Notes: a model not told the origin generated them from the sequence alone. A stretch of 64,000 bases of DNA from Daphnia carinata (GCF_022539665.2 NC_081331.1:4960001-5024000), one strand, 5' to 3'. Shown: positions 13,701 through 29,040, counted from the first letter of the stretch. Numbers and translations are program-made.

Positions 13701-15390
13701 TCGAGGACGTCGCCCTCATTCCATTCCACAAAAGAAAACTAGATCTCAATAAAATTTAACGAAAAAGAAAGAGAAAAACGGTTACGAAAAAAAAACAAGA
13801 CAGGCAAACTAATCGCGTCCTGATATAAATATTCTTCCAAAAAACCAAAAAGCAAAAAAAAAAAACAACACAAATAATGGAGTTGTCATGTACAAAATGC
13901 GAAACGCAATGGCGTCTCATTTTCTCGGTATCAGCACGTGTGCCTGCCCGAGCTCTGCATACGTGCACTAGAAATGTGACTTTTAGCGGAAGACATTTGA
14001 TCCTGTTTTTCTTTTGTTTATTACGCTATTAAACGAACTGACATGCAATCGAGAAGGCCATCTTTTGTGGCTAGAAAAAAATGGGACGCAGTCGATACAA
14101 TTCGAACGGATCAACAACGATATATAAGACCGCCTCACCCAGAGAGAAAAAATGGCGAACAAAAAGTAGTCGGTATAATAATGGTTCACTTACTACTTAA
14201 TTGATTGCAGCTTTATTGATGGGGGACGGGCCGAGGGAGAAACCTTTGCAAAATGGCCAGGGACGAGTTGTTGCACAACTGTTACGACCAAGTAATTCAC
14301 CACAGGAATCGTCCATGCTTGAGGGCATGATCGTAAAGAACAATTGGATCAGCGAGCACTAAAGTCAATTTCTCTCTTGTAATTTGTGTACGTTTGCACT
14401 AGAAGAAGAAACACTACACAAAACAACAAAGAGTTTGAGAGAGATTTTCCGAAACAATAACCACCTTGTTTGTGTGCCTTCTTTTCACGTAATTTGACGA
14501 TCGTTTCACTTTCCCCCGCTGTTCTCGCGGTACTAAAACTGGATGTCGAACGTTGCCAATTTCAACAATGATTTTTTCTTTGGCTTTGTGAAATGTTTTC
14601 CCTCCAAATTTCTTTTTTTTTCTTTGTCGTAATCATAAATAACAATGGCAACCTTCAAGTGCATAAACATCTCAAAATCGATTTGTTTACGGTATCGAAA
14701 AGGGTGGCAATAGAACGACTAGGCAACCTACGCCTTAAAATCGAAATTAGTTCGACGTCGTGTTTTTGCATTTAAGGAGGACGTCATAAAAATAAAATGG
14801 GTAAAGAGAAAATTCTTATTTATTTTGCACACACACACACAAAGCTATCAAAACTTACATAATTTGAAGGAAGAATAAAGTAATTTTATACAATCAAATG
14901 TCAGTGAGTGTCGAATACAAATGCCTCTTTTCATCGTGGCCTCTAAACCCAATAATAATAATAATGTTAAATAATAATAACAAGTTGATATGACTCGTAT
15001 TGCCGACGTGAATCGATTATTATCATCTATCGAATTTACTCGGATCATTAAACCTGCTATTTTCGTCTGCCACGCACCGTCTACAATCTAGAACGACGTT
15101 TCTATTCCCATTTTCTTGTTTTGCAAGGTCAATCTTTTCCATAAAATATACACCACACAGACGTACACAACGATTAAACCCAATACCCTAAATCGTGGCA
15201 TTGCAATTCCTAATTTAAAAAAAAAGATTTCTTAATCAATGTCGTATCGAAATGCGTTGTCTTAACACAACAACTGAATATAGAACAAATACATCTCAGT
15301 GTATGCAGAGTGACACTTTGGCGTGCAACAACCGAACACAGAATGCTTAGAATGGAATGAATATAATAGTTTTCATTGTTTTGACGTGAA

Positions 15391-18300
15391 TCAAACCTGG
15401 TGAGAGCAGGATACTTGAAATTCCTGCGACGATGATGGAGTCGATGACGAACATCCATCGACTGAATTCGACTTCCACGGACATTTATTGTTCTTTTTGA
15501 ATTTGACATCACGTGGCCTGGTGACAGATCGATGATTGCTGCAAAGACTGGCTGCCCGCAGAGAAAACGATGACGAAGATAAACCCGATCCCCGGCTGCT
15601 AGTAGACTCTTGATTGACAGGCATCCGCTCGAAAGAGCCTCGCAGGAATGTTTTGTGGCCGCGTTTATTGAACGGTGAATCGTCACTGCTGCTGCTATTC
15701 TCCATCGAGTCTTCTTCCTCTTCTTCGTCTTCTTCTTCAACCTCCGGCTCTTCCGGCTGAAGGAACATGACCCTCCGCTGATGATTGCGCACCAATCGTG
15801 TGGATTTCAGGATGCCCGGCTGTTTCGTAGTTTCTCTGAAAATGGTGAGGCCGGCCCGGGATGAATCCACTACGTCCGAGATGCTCCGGATGATTCTGAC
15901 TTGCTGTTATTCCCATAAAAAATGTTAATGTATCGCAGCTTTAATTATCGCTTTTAAAACGAGCTAATTTGAATGTCAGCCCAATTCTGAATGATATACA
16001 TCTCTCTACGAACATAAATAATGTGTGTTCCAAAATAAGCTGGTAAATTAGGATTGTCAAACGAGCTTTTTTTTTGTTAACAACTCAACAAGACGACGCT
16101 CCATTTCGTTTTTAGGTTATATTCCCAAATTGGGCTGTACAATCCGTACCTATTCGAATGAACATGTAAGGTTTAAGACAATCACATCTAGGAGAACTGT
16201 GAAGTCAAACTAAGATACGACTTTCATTCACAGTAATTCGCAAACACGCCCGCATTTTCTATTCTTAAAAATTGAGAAAAAACATAAATCATCTGCGGCT
16301 TTTGCGCATAGACACGTATGTTTTTTAGACATGGATTTCCCATTGTCGTGCATATCAAGTCGCCCGGTTTTCCATGACACATTCAGCCCATGCTCCACAT
16401 TTTTATTACGCGTGTGTTATTTTTTTCTTTCCTCAACTCGATTCGAAAGCGATATATAAAAAAAATAAAAGTCTATATAAAGACGCTACGTTTATGTTCC
16501 ATCAGTGATCTCCAACTGGTGGCGCATGACGACATCATGCTGTGGATATGCACGACTTACACGAGCGGAGCTTCTATCGTTAACTCTCCGACAACAAAAC
16601 GTCACGCTCTCTCACATATCGTAGCCCAAATAAAGACAACTATAGAAAGAAAAAAAAAAAGAGCAAGTATTATAACAATAATCGTATAAAAAGACATTTC
16701 ACTTTCTCCAAAACAACGATGTGCAATGTCCCTGATAGTGAAACGGTAGATTGTCAGTCACGTTTTCCTATTTCCAATACAGATTTCTTATGGTTTATGA
16801 ATCAATTTTTTTTTTTTTATAATATGGATATTGGGGTTATTGTCGGTGCATTTAATTACGCATTCATATAATCAAAGCACGAGCGAGCCTCTCTTTTCTT
16901 TTTTATAGCAAATCTAATTTTATAAACTGGGTTTCCGTGACAAGCCATCACTCGGTGTCCTATGGCACGGAGGTCGAGCTTTGTTGCCAAAACCTGATTG
17001 AATGAACCGATTGATGGATGGCCTACGAGATAACGGTTTCACATGATCAAATTTTCAAGAATGACGAATGGGAAATTTAACAATCGATTTTCAATCAACG
17101 AAGATAACAAAAAAGGAGATACGACTTTGCTAATCAGATTTGCGCATTAAAAAAAAAACCTGTTTATCCGAGCATTTTTGGCGTGGATTGTACCGTAAGA
17201 AAAATCTACATTTCATCAGCACGTTGAAATAATCTGCATACGATCAAGGTGTCGCGCTATTCGCCCCCCCCCACCTTCTAAAAAAAAAATACCTGGTTCA
17301 GCCGCACCTGGGCAGCGTTTCGGAATTGGGTAGCCAATAAAACTTTCTTACCATACGTGAATAAATCCCGCCTTTGCGTTTCTTTCGATACGCGCACCTC
17401 TACGTGTATAAACACATAAGGCGTACATATTGAATAGAAAAAATAGGCTACACAACATGCGCTCGTTACGTGCAAGTCTTTAGAAAAAAAAAAGAAACGA
17501 AGTGGGATGTTGTTGGCCTTCAACGTTTGCCTCATTGTTGTGTGATGACCACATCCATCATAAACAAAACACATAAAAGCGTCCCTTTCCCTTTCGGCAT
17601 CTATATAGGTAATGCTCATTTTTCTGTAATACTCGAACCAACTCAGGTATAAAAAAAAAAAAAAAAAAAGAAATTCGTTGATGGAATTGGTGTGTACCTC
17701 GTACAGCAATTTTCTTCTACATAGCGAGTGCGATCATAATGGGCAACCCCCGTCCAAAAATAGCCGATTAGAGACGCTATTATACAAAACGGTATTTTAT
17801 AACTAACGCCCATGCCAGGCTAAATAATGTTTTATTAAAGAAAAGAATTTTACCTGAGGATTTTGGGCAAACGTGGGCGAGTGCCCGTGATCGTCGTCGA
17901 TAACAACGGCGCTATCGCTGTCGTCGAGACTCTCATCTCCTTGCTCCCTGCCTAGAACTCGCACTTGAAGTTGAGTTGTTGAACTGTCGTCCGTCGACGG
18001 ACAGGTGGATGACTCGCTTTGTATTTCGTCGCAATTTGGCTGATGATGATGATGATCGGCCAGCGATTGCGGCCGGTTGACCAACGTGGCTTGTTGCTCG
18101 TTTGACTCGGACGCGACGCTATTTCGGCAACGATCCAACTCCCTTTCCAACGAACGTATCGTCTCCTGTTGACCGCTGATGATCCGGTCTCTCTGGTTCA
18201 GTAACCCATCAATCTTTCCCTGCTTTGCGCGTAGATTGGCTTCCAAGAGGAGGAGTTGCGAGGTCAACAACCGCATTTGCTCCTCTCTTTCCCGATGCAA

Positions 18301-21300
18301 CCCGAAAAGTGCTTCGTTCTAAAAGAAAAAAAAATTCACGCGAAATGATAGAAAAAACATCCATTTATTAGCGAAGATGGTCATTAGGAGAGCAGCATCG
18401 AGTTTTTTGCAACGGTGAAAAGGAAAATGGAGATAGAAAAATAATCACAAAAAACTGTACAACCTGTTGTTTGAGTCTGTGCTTCCATGCTTGGAGGAGG
18501 TGACCTTGCGCAGTGTTTCGTTCGGTTAGCCGGGCAATCATCTGTCGCGCCTCTTCCAGGTTCGAGATGACTGGCTGAGGAGTGGAGCGTTTTTGCCGTG
18601 GCGGCGGAGGCTCCAATCTTGTCGAGTCCATCCAAACGACGGCGGTGGCGGCAACTGTGGCGGCGGCAACTGTTACTGCTGAAGGCTCTCGGATAGGACT
18701 CTGTCGAAGAAAATAAGGATAAAATTAAAAGAGGAAAGACACGCACAAAAGAAAGTCAAACGCTCGGCTTTGGTAAAACGCGCATTATTCAAATGCAAAG
18801 TACATTTTTTTTTTTTTCTGGGAAAAAAAAAAATTATTGCCGCATTGCAATAGTTTGGCAGTAGACATATACATATTGATAAGAAGCTCCATATTTGTCA
18901 AGACAAATATCTCGAAAAATAAGAAATGAGATGCGGGAATCAGGAAGGCGGTTTGAATAGACGCTTCTTCTGCGGGATTGAATTTTGATTCTTCCTCCCG
19001 CCCTTTAAAACTTCAATTCAAGGTGAACAGGCACAGAAGCTTTGGCTACCAAGCAAAAAAAAAAAAAATGAGTTGTTTTTTTTTTTTTTTTGTGTGTTCC
19101 AGTCCTCAGGCGCCAGCATCAAAAACTGTTGGAAGCAAAAGAGAAAAAGATGTCTGTGTGTACAACACGATAAAGCAGCAGCTTTTCTTTTTTTTTTTTA
19201 AATGATTTTTGCCCCTCTTAGCCGGGGCTTTTCATTCGCCGACTGGTCGGCAGGAGCAAATGGTCAGCGTGTCGGGTCGTTACGTGCATTCATTCTGACA
19301 GATGCGGTACACTCTGAACCCTTCTCGAATCATCATCAAACACACAAGGGAGACATGCTCTGCACACACGAAGCTTTTTTTTTTTAACGATCGTGAAAAA
19401 TAATGGTAATAATATATCGCCCCAACTCGAGTTCTTTTTTAATCCCATTGGCTTTCTCTCTATGACATCAGAGAACGTGATTACATGGTAGCGTAGATTC
19501 ATTTGAGTTTTGAAAGAAAAAAAAATCCTCAAACAGCTGACGCGCTATAACAAACTTGCATATTTCTTTTTTTTTTTACTGGTGTTTTGTGTCTGTTGTT
19601 TTCGGGCTGCGATGGTCAAGGACGCCATCATCATCAACCAAACAAACCATAAACAACAGAGCCCGAAAAAACTGGGGGGTAGCTAACTTATAGGTAAACG
19701 GAGAAGCGGCAAAAAGACACGAGTTATACCGTCACAAGAAAATTCACTGATGAAGACACGGGTTCACAGCACTAGCGATTTTTATTGGACATTCAAGGTC
19801 CTTCACTTGATGAACCTTAATGATTAGTCGGCCAACCATTATAAGCTGGACGAGCATCGTTCACGGACGTGTGATGACCACATTTTTACGACTCCCTCTG
19901 AATTTTCCACCGAGAAAAAAAATGAAATATGTCGATGGCAAAACAACGCGAAATGTCGTTAGCTCGTTGCTACCGAGACGGAAGAGAAATGAGTACTAAA
20001 GCATCTTCATAGCTCGTCTGCTTAGTTCATCTTGGAGCTCAAGGTACGACGAGGTACGTGAGTACTAAAGAATTTAGGAAATACGGTCAAATGGAAACAA
20101 GTTTTTGTTTGATATTTCGTCCTCGAGGATTCCAGGGAGAGAGTTTACTGTTTCAACCGAAAAATGGTTTTCTTTTTGTCTTTTATTTCTCGCTATTTCG
20201 TATGTAATTGGATCGTCTTGAAACGTGATTTTTAATGAACAGAACAGCTTATTATGGTAAAAAGAGGCGACCTGCTCCACTTTTTGTTGTCGACATCAGC
20301 CAGTTGACCTTTTCACCACCAATCAGGTCTTACAGTTGTCTTTTAGCGGGTCTGAACTTGTCACGACCGGTCATCTGACATAAAGGGGAAAAAAATAATA
20401 ATAATTTGGTTGAAATTCTTGGCAGGGCCTTTAAGATTAGGTGACCAAAGAAAGCCATTTCTTTTTCAAACCAAAAAAAAACAAACAAAAGGTCTCGAAT
20501 GATAACGATCAGTGTGTTAAACAAATAATAATAAAAAAAAAAGAAACGGAAAATCAAGAAATACAATAATAAGATGTCAACCTGATTTTCTTCTTACGTT
20601 TGCCAATCAACCGAGTGAGACGGTCACTGGGAAGGGTCAATTGAAAAAAAAAAAAAAACGAACCGTACAAAAATTCTTAAGGACACATGTTTTTTCCTTT
20701 CCATTTTCAGGTCAAAATTGATTCTTACACCAACGTTATCTTGTAAGAGCCTTGCGGCCGTAACGAGTAGCGTAACTTGAATAACTGAAAAAAATTGAAA
20801 TTTTACGATCGTCTTTTCTTTTTTAACAAAATGTGTTAAAAGGGAAGCGACTCGAGCATAAACGATTTGGTGATTTACCTGCTCCAGTGCAGCTACAAAG
20901 AATCGAAATTTTTGTTCGGCAAATAAACAAAAAGATAAGAAACTTTCCCCTTTTGGCCTCGACTCTCTACATTTTGAACTTGACTGCATCTTCCAAAAAT
21001 ATCTACACTGCATTTCTTTTAACTTTTCTCTTTTTAAGGAAAAACAAAATAAAAAGAAGGGGACGATCTTTAAACGTAATGACGTAATAACAAAATACGG
21101 CGTAAGTGATGTTCTTCCCGCTTTTGAAATTTCATTTTAGTTTCCCCCGTTTTTTAGAACGCTCGTCAAAAAGGACAAATTCCCGAAAATTTTCAGTTAA
21201 CAATTTTTAAGATCTTTTTTTTTTCACATCGTAAAATACAGTTTCCTAGTCACATGAGTTTTTTTTTAGTATGTTTCTACTGTTTAACTCCCATCTTTTC

Positions 21301-21861
21301 AGCAGACCGTGCACTCCCCCGTTTGCGTGCTGTATACCGTAGACGCTACACAGGTACGTAAGAGCACCTAACAAACCGACTGTGAAGGTTAAAAAAAAAA
21401 AAAACAGTCCTCACAGTACATGCTAATCAACCGCAAGAATAGAGACGTGAGAAGTCCTTAAAGCATAATATTAAATACACTTTTTCCCGTGCATTTAAAA
21501 GAAAAGAACTCGATGCTATTGATTGATTGCGGACAATTTCTTATTCACCTCGAACTCGATCCTCATTTGGATTCTTCAGTTTCGTGGAGGCCCCTCATAG
21601 AAAATAAATATTCCCCCCATTCATATTCATGTGTGAATAATCACGTTCGATAATTACAATTTTATATATATATATATAGCAATGCCTATAGCAGATGAAA
21701 GCTTTACAAAAAGTGAACGTTCCAAGGCCAACGGACGCGTGCGTGCGTACCGACTGCACCGTAGCGTCTTGATGAAGAAGAGACTGATGTGGGAAAAAGA
21801 AAAAAAAAAAACTACCATTCGTCGTGAACGACGACCTTCCATAACAGGTCCTCGGTATGTT

Positions 21862-21898
<37 letters not shown>

Positions 21899-23532
21899 TA
21901 TTCACGCATTTTTTTGGGGCCGATATACTAATGAGGGAAGATGCTACACGCAAGACCCGACATGTGCGTCCTTGACGATGACGGAGGCGTCCAATTGTGT
22001 CGGATGAACGAGTGTTCACGCATAAAAATAATCAAATTAATTAAAAATAATTTCGAGAAAATTGGAATGGCTAGTTTCGTGGGGGCCAATAAGCAAACAA
22101 GCCTGCGCTGTTCTCAATTCCAAGGTATCCCGTGTTTATCATTTATGCTAAATACGGAACATACGTTGTGTGACAAAAGGTGCTGACTTTGTGTCGCGTT
22201 GAATACATTAACGATGTTCGTTTTCCCGATCGGCTGGATTCGAAATCTACGGGATTTTTGAATATTCATTTTGCATGAAACAAGGACGCAAAGCAACAAT
22301 AGGGTGGGGTCGGACTTTACTCTGAGGGAAACATTCACGAGGTTAACGAGTACGTTTCAATCAGATGATTTTGTTACATTTTAATGCCGAAAAACAAAAA
22401 CGAAATGAGGTTGCGACGATTGAATTGTCGTTCGATTGTCAATCTAGCACAATGATTGCCAGCGCTTCTGGGTCTGCCCACCTTGTTCTATATGCTAATA
22501 AGTCCATAGTAGCGTGACAGACATGCCGAGCTCTTCGCCATCGACATTCTAATCCAGTGGAAACGGGATTATTTTTCACATTTGGTAAATATCCTTGCAT
22601 AAGCAATGGTGCATGGTAAATTACCTAATCAGTAGTAATCTCTTTCAATAACATGGCCATTAACTTACGGAGCCAAATATGTACAAAAAATTAAACAAAT
22701 ATTGTTGGTTTTCGTTAATTCTCGTTTAACAGCAAAATAAAAAAAATGCTATTTTTTTAAAAGTTGCATTATTTTCTATTTTTGGGCATTTCCACTCTCT
22801 CTGCAATTGCATCATTCGACGCTCAGCAATCCGGGGATTCTAAACCTCCAACTTTTCTTTCGCTACCTTACCTCACCCTTAGACAAAGTGATACATTCAA
22901 TCCCGCTCTCGTAATGATACCCTCATCTCAAACAAAATGTACATCCGGCTCCACGCGCCAATCACTTTCCGTGAAAGATTAGTGGCTCGTCAGACAATAT
23001 GATGTATGGATTTTACTTCGTAGATGGATATTCACTATCGTGTTTACGATGAGCATGACGGAAGAGCTACAAAAGTTTTGAGACAGAGACTGACGGTGGG
23101 TATGAACATTCGCTAGTTATTGATTATAACGTGACTCGTGGCTACTGACACACACTTTCAAGAGAATGAAAACTTACAACTTCAGAAGCTACCAGCCGTT
23201 CCATCACATGGCTCCTAATAGACCAAACATTTTTTCTTTTCTTGGCCCGTGGATATGCACCGTGATGGCGCACGTCGAATTCAATTTGCAGAACGCTCAC
23301 GAAACGAGTTTTGACATGATAGATTTTTCTTTTGAAACAATTTGTTCGCAGTTTTTCTTAAAAAATAGGCTTGTCTATGTATGGTAATGTTCATCCTACA
23401 ATAGCTAAATTTATTTAATACAGAGGTGGTAAAGCGAAAAAAAAAAGAGCCACTTACCCAATCTGTCATTTTGATGATAGTGGCTGTTGATGTTTTGGAA
23501 CGTTCCGCCGTGCGAGTGTTGGTCGTCGACAT
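15391..23532 (-). CDS. Uncharacterised coiled-coil protein B (~429 aa), paralogue of protein A
   Basis: Exons (minus): 23458-23532 (CACC-ATG, MSTTNTRTAERSKTSTATIIKMTDW|gtaagt; less certain, the start could instead be the ATG at 18631), 18464-18700, 17854-18318, 15391-15903. All junctions are GT-AG, phase 0 and stop-free. Coiled coil NLEEARQMIARL...RSLERELDRCR; C-terminal LCSNHRSVTRPRDVKFKK. Confidence 0.8.
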
Positions 23533-26500
23533 GGTGAAAGCGCAGAGAAAACAGCGTGTTTGTTGTTGTGGGAAAAAAAAACGAGGCGAGTTTAAGGGTC
23601 AAGAGTCACTTTCATTACTATATTTCTCTCGTGTCATTAGGCCACAGAGAGTATAATAATAACAATCCTCAACGAGCGTAACATCCTTTCGACTCGTTGT
23701 TTCACGATCCCCACTGCACTCGGCTTTAAAAGTAGCACTTTCTTCAACGACACTAGTGCGTCTAATAAGACTGCAAGCAAGTACAGCTCTGTTTTGTAAG
23801 AAGGTGAAGGTGGTACAGTTCCCATAAGCCAAAGAGGTTCACTGACAACACCCACAAAACTGGTATAGCAAAGCCAAAGTTGCCGACTATGTTCAAATAA
23901 CAGGCGGCTATTTCTTTCGATTTCTGTTCTTTTTGCAACTTTTGTTTTCTTGAATCGTTCACTTTCTCTCGGCTACACGCAATCGACCGATGAGCAGGTC
24001 GGACGATGGCGACGCACAGATGGGACCCCCTCTAGCAAAGTAACAAAGAGTTAACTTCTCGTAGATCTTGATAAAAACAGGTAAATGCAATAGTTGAAGA
24101 AAAAGGATGACGGGGCTTAGACACATTTGGAAATGTTTCGATAGCCCTAGAGAAAATAAAGAACTTACCTTCTAGAACAAGATGAACACACACACAAAGA
24201 GAGTTTCGTAGTCGCCGGGATCACGGAACACACAAAAAAAAAGGCTCCCAACCGAGTTGAATGAACCGCACTCACAACAACAAGCAAAAGGCCCCCAGTT
24301 TTCCTTTTCTAGATTACAATAATTTTTCTAACCTCTTCCCATCCGTCGCTCTTTACAGGTGTCCACGCAATTTTCAGGGGTCGGGTCTTCATTTAAGTTG
24401 TTCCAGATTCAATTCTTTTTTTTTTTTTAAGGAGGGAGGAAAACCACAGAACACTTAAAAAAAAACTGTGTGATTCTCTTTACGTTGTGCACTTGTTTTT
24501 GTTTGTCCTTGTCAACGAGTTTTGTTTCTGGAGACAAAGAAATAGATTCACTAGACCTGTTCTTATTTTCTCTTTCCTCGGGCTAGAGTTGATATTTTGA
24601 ATGCCCCCCACTGCTGAAACTCAATTACAGTGAGCACATTCAAGTCGATAAATCGATAGATTATATCGTGCCAAAGTCACTCGACGCGTTTTCTTCGGTC
24701 GACGTTGCTACGAAAACTCGTCCAAAACTGGCCTGGACACGATGGTGATTGTCTTCCAAAAGTTAAAAAAACAAAATGTCTAGTCCAATAAATCAGTGAG
24801 AGACGAGTTTAAAGCTACACAAACTAAAACGAGACACGCAGCAACACACAGAAGACAAAATAAAGCCCAAAGCAATAAGATTTTTTTTGTTCTCTTGTTG
24901 TTTTGGGCGTCTACCTGGCTCAGGTGAAGGTTAGCAGCCGACTGGACGAGAAGACGAAGAAGACGGAGCTCCGTATGGTCTTGGAAACGGGGAGAAAGAC
25001 GGGGAGGGGTTCGTTTTTTTTTTTTTTCTCATCGACTCTTCCCCCTTTACGTATATAATTCTCTCTCTCTCTTTCTTTTTCAGTTTCGGACTGTTGGGCA
25101 ACTTTGTTAGCCATGCGTGACCCTCCGGAATAGAACAACCGGGTGGTTATTCTTTTTTTTTCCCCTTTAGTGTAGTATGGACTTTATATCGTGTTCTGTC
25201 CTACTATACAGTAAACATAATGAAACCTTTTTTTGGGTATTTGTTCGCCTTGCAAGTATCATCACAGATTGTGATGGCGAGAAAAGTTATTTCACAATCG
25301 ACGGCACACGGAAAGAAGGTTTCATTATCACACCATCGTCGTTAGATACAGCGGGAACGGATGAGATTCTTTTTATTACATAGCGGCAACAGGAAAAAAA
25401 AAAATGATCGGTTCTCATACTGAAAAAAAAAAAAAATTCCCCCTCGAAATATAAAAATCTGGACATGAAGAAAAAAATTTTATTTGACACCCCTTGGTCG
25501 ATTTCTTGCGCGTTTACGCGGAATCCCGCGTGCTTGTTAGCGTGGGCAGCTGTTATTCTTGTTAGAGGTTTTTTTTTCTTTCATCCCTCCTCCTCAAGAC
25601 CAAAGATGGGGCATTGAGAGACGTAATAAAAACCAAATTCAGTCGAGTGCATCTCTCGGCTCAATTTATTAGGACAACGCCCGAGAAGAGAGGGGGGGAG
25701 AAAGAAAATCGACATATTCTATTAAAACAGCTAAAAAGAAAAACAGTGGGGGGTTGTATCAGTGCCACCGGAACTTCTACCATTCACACACACAGAGAGT
25801 CTCAAACGAAGCCAAGCAAGAAGCCAGAAGAGTGGGAAAACAGCTTGTCTCTCGTTTGCACAAGTTTTGCTTTTTACCTTTTTACCCACGCTGTGTTAGC
25901 CGTCACAAATCTACTTATTAATTTACGTGCCATCGACAGGAGAATTTCATTTCCAACTCACGAAGTAGTTGTATGATAATCAGGCTGTTCTCATATCATT
26001 CGGCGTGTGTCTTTTGATATGATGACAGCCATAAAATGCCAACGTTAAATTAGTTGTTGCTGAAGGCGAGAGGCAAAAAAAAAGGTAGCGGAGAGTTAAT
26101 GACTTACATACGTAATGACATTCTGACGTTGTAAAATGAATTTTACGATTTCATGAAAGCCTCGTCGTGATAATTAGGCAAGTATGCTGTACAGCTTTCC
26201 TTAAAAATTAATTCAATCTGGACAACGATATGAGAATATCAGACGACAATAAGAGCCCCTCGTTTACATTGACAACCATTTTCTTGGCTTTGTTATCTTA
26301 AGTTTTTGTGTTGACATTCTTGCCATTTGAATTGCACGGGCTTCACTCGTAATCTGGTTTTTTTTAGTACCCACACACCTATTTAAATGTGTAATCCCAT
26401 TCCCATGACAAAAAATTCCTTTTCTCCGCCCTCCTTATTGGATAAACGAGAAATACTTCCATAATTGCAAATCAACTGAACGACATATTTCAGAAAAAGT

Positions 26501-29040
26501 ACTTTCAGGCAACATAATTCCACCATTTTGGAATGTCACTGCAGCAATTTACCAGATTTTATAATTCAATCTTCAATTTCTTAGAATTTGAATGGTGAAA
26601 ATAAAACATAATAAAGAATGGTGGCCTCGTTTTGTTTTCACAATATCAAACGAAATTTTTCGTTAGTGTATACTGTTACGTTGCAAAAGGTGTCAATGGG
26701 GTGGGTGGGCTACCGCATATGGTTATCTAATTCGGTCGCAATAAAACCTTTAGTTAGGCCACATCATGGTCACACAAAACCCATCTGTTCCGTATGGTTA
26801 CGAACCACAAATGCACTGTTACGAATCGCTCCCCTTTTTTTTTTCTTTGTTGATGCAGAATGCGTGGGGCATCAACGTCTCAAGAATGAAGATCTCGTCA
26901 CGCTTAACAGTTCAAAAAAACAAAAAGTGAAAGCCAAATAATACACGTCCTCTTTGCTTTTTTTCCCTCTTCTGAAATTCTACATTTCATTGTGTTTTTC
27001 TGTTAAAAATTGCAGGTACAAGACATGTCACGCCTCCTTTCGGCCGTTGTAAGGCCGTGATAACCAATCGTTTTCAAGCCCCCTCCTCCAAAAAAACAAC
27101 AACCGATTCGAATTGTGATAGCGATCCCTTTATGCCCTCACGAATGTGCGTGATTAATAGAGACAATAAAAAATGGATGTTCTTAGTTACCTGAACCTTG
27201 AAGAATCCCAGAGAGAGTGTTATTGCTCTGAGCACATCGACAGGGGGCAAAACACCAAGCCTGGTGGCGCTGTGTATGCAAATGATTGTTTTTTTTTTTC
27301 GAAAATCACCGACAATTTTAGCCAATCTTGGGCACAGCATTATCTATATGCAAATAAATCAGCACGGAAATTCACTACAATCGACAAGATCTGAAGAAAG
27401 TCACGTTTGAAATGTTCACTGAAATAACTCTTTTCTCTAGAATGTTTTTTCGTTTCTCTGCACACTATTGGTATGGCAAACCCCTGACATTTCGATGACA
27501 GCAGCCAGCCATGCTTAAACGAACTAGACTTAGAAAGATTTCGTGGAAACCATGCTGCACGGTTATCGTCTGACAACTTGGGCATGTTGCCGGATATTCG
27601 AAATTCTTTTTTGGTTTTATTTTGACAGTTACCCATCCGATTTTCAGTTAACTACTGTTTTATCAACCAGCGTTGCACATTCGTTTGGCTATTCTTCTTG
27701 GAATTAAATATAAAATCAGAATGTAAAAAAAAAAAACGCATTAAATGTTGCAGAACATTTTTTTTTGTATGTTGGTTTTTCCTGAACTAGTACAAAAAAA
27801 CTGGGTTTTTAAAATAAAACCTTTTCTGGCTTTAAACTTTGTCTTCATTGGCGATCAGTTTGTAAGAATTCGACCCAATAAAAAATAGACCATAGATGGA
27901 CACGCAGATTTTTTTCAAACACTGAAGAGACACAGCAAAATGTTTCTGTTTTAAAAAAATCAATGATAAAAAAAAACGAAAATCTATTGGAGAAGATTGT
28001 GACAGACTGTGGGAAGTTGAGGGTGGCGGTAATAGAGAAAAAAAAAATCAACTTTCAAAATCGGACGAGATGTTACAAATTTTTGAAAGATCCGGCATGG
28101 GCATGGGTTTTTTTCGTTTGTACACTCTCATTTTGGTGGTATGCACGGCAATTCATTGATAAATCCGTTAGATATCAGCAGAGGGGCGTTAAGACGACAG
28201 AATAAACACTCAATAATTGGCCCGCGTTTCCAATAATGTCATCCTCCTTAAACAAATTGGCAATTCTCTTCATCGCTATAGATAGGTCACAGAATCAAAA
28301 TATGACGTTTGCAAAGTACAATGATTTAAATCTGTACAGCGTGTGGATTACGGGATTGATGAGAAAGGAGGCGCGGGATATCGAGTCATCATCACTTCAA
28401 AAAATAAATCAAAATCAAGTCGGTGGCGAGGGCGCACGAGTCAATTTGAACAGCACGGGAGTAAAATTTGACGGTCACGGTTTCCTTTTTTCCTAACGTT
28501 ATGTTTGCAAAGATATTTCACATGGACAATACAAGGACATACTGTTGATCACGCGCAACCAGACTGTTTCTTTTTTCAAACGTTTTCAATTTTTTTTTTC
28601 TTTTGAGACCCGGAGTTTTTTTTTTCTCTTAATTTTGCAGCAGTGGCAGTTAAAAAAAAAAATACGAACAAAATGATTTCGAGTTAACGTGACAGAAAAA
28701 AAAAATAGATCACGGCATATTTTAAAAAAAAAAAACAAGAGGACAAACCCTTCGCATTATATCAATGTCATCATCAATAAACCCTTTTTGCTCTCAAATT
28801 TCATCAAACGGGATCGCACAAATTATTTTTTTTCTCAAAGACGAAGTTACAACTGGCGTATTCCCCAGCCCAAATTGCACGGGTATCTTTCTCAAGTGGA
28901 TCTTCCTAACACAAAAATTCTTGATTCTATCGTCGATGAAAACAACACGATCATGTGTTTACAGACCATCAAAATCAATAATAGTTCAAAATAAAAGAAA
29001 CCAAAACATCCATCCAGTGTAGATCAAAATCAGAAGGAAA

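Noticed and set aside
22228..22255. TTCGAATCC-like word (minus strand) suggesting a tRNA T-loop
   Set aside because: No cloverleaf, A-box or acceptor stem around it.
22589..22597. ATATCCTT resembling a U12 5' splice site
   Set aside because: It is not at any exon boundary of a plus-strand gene, and all traced introns are U2-type.
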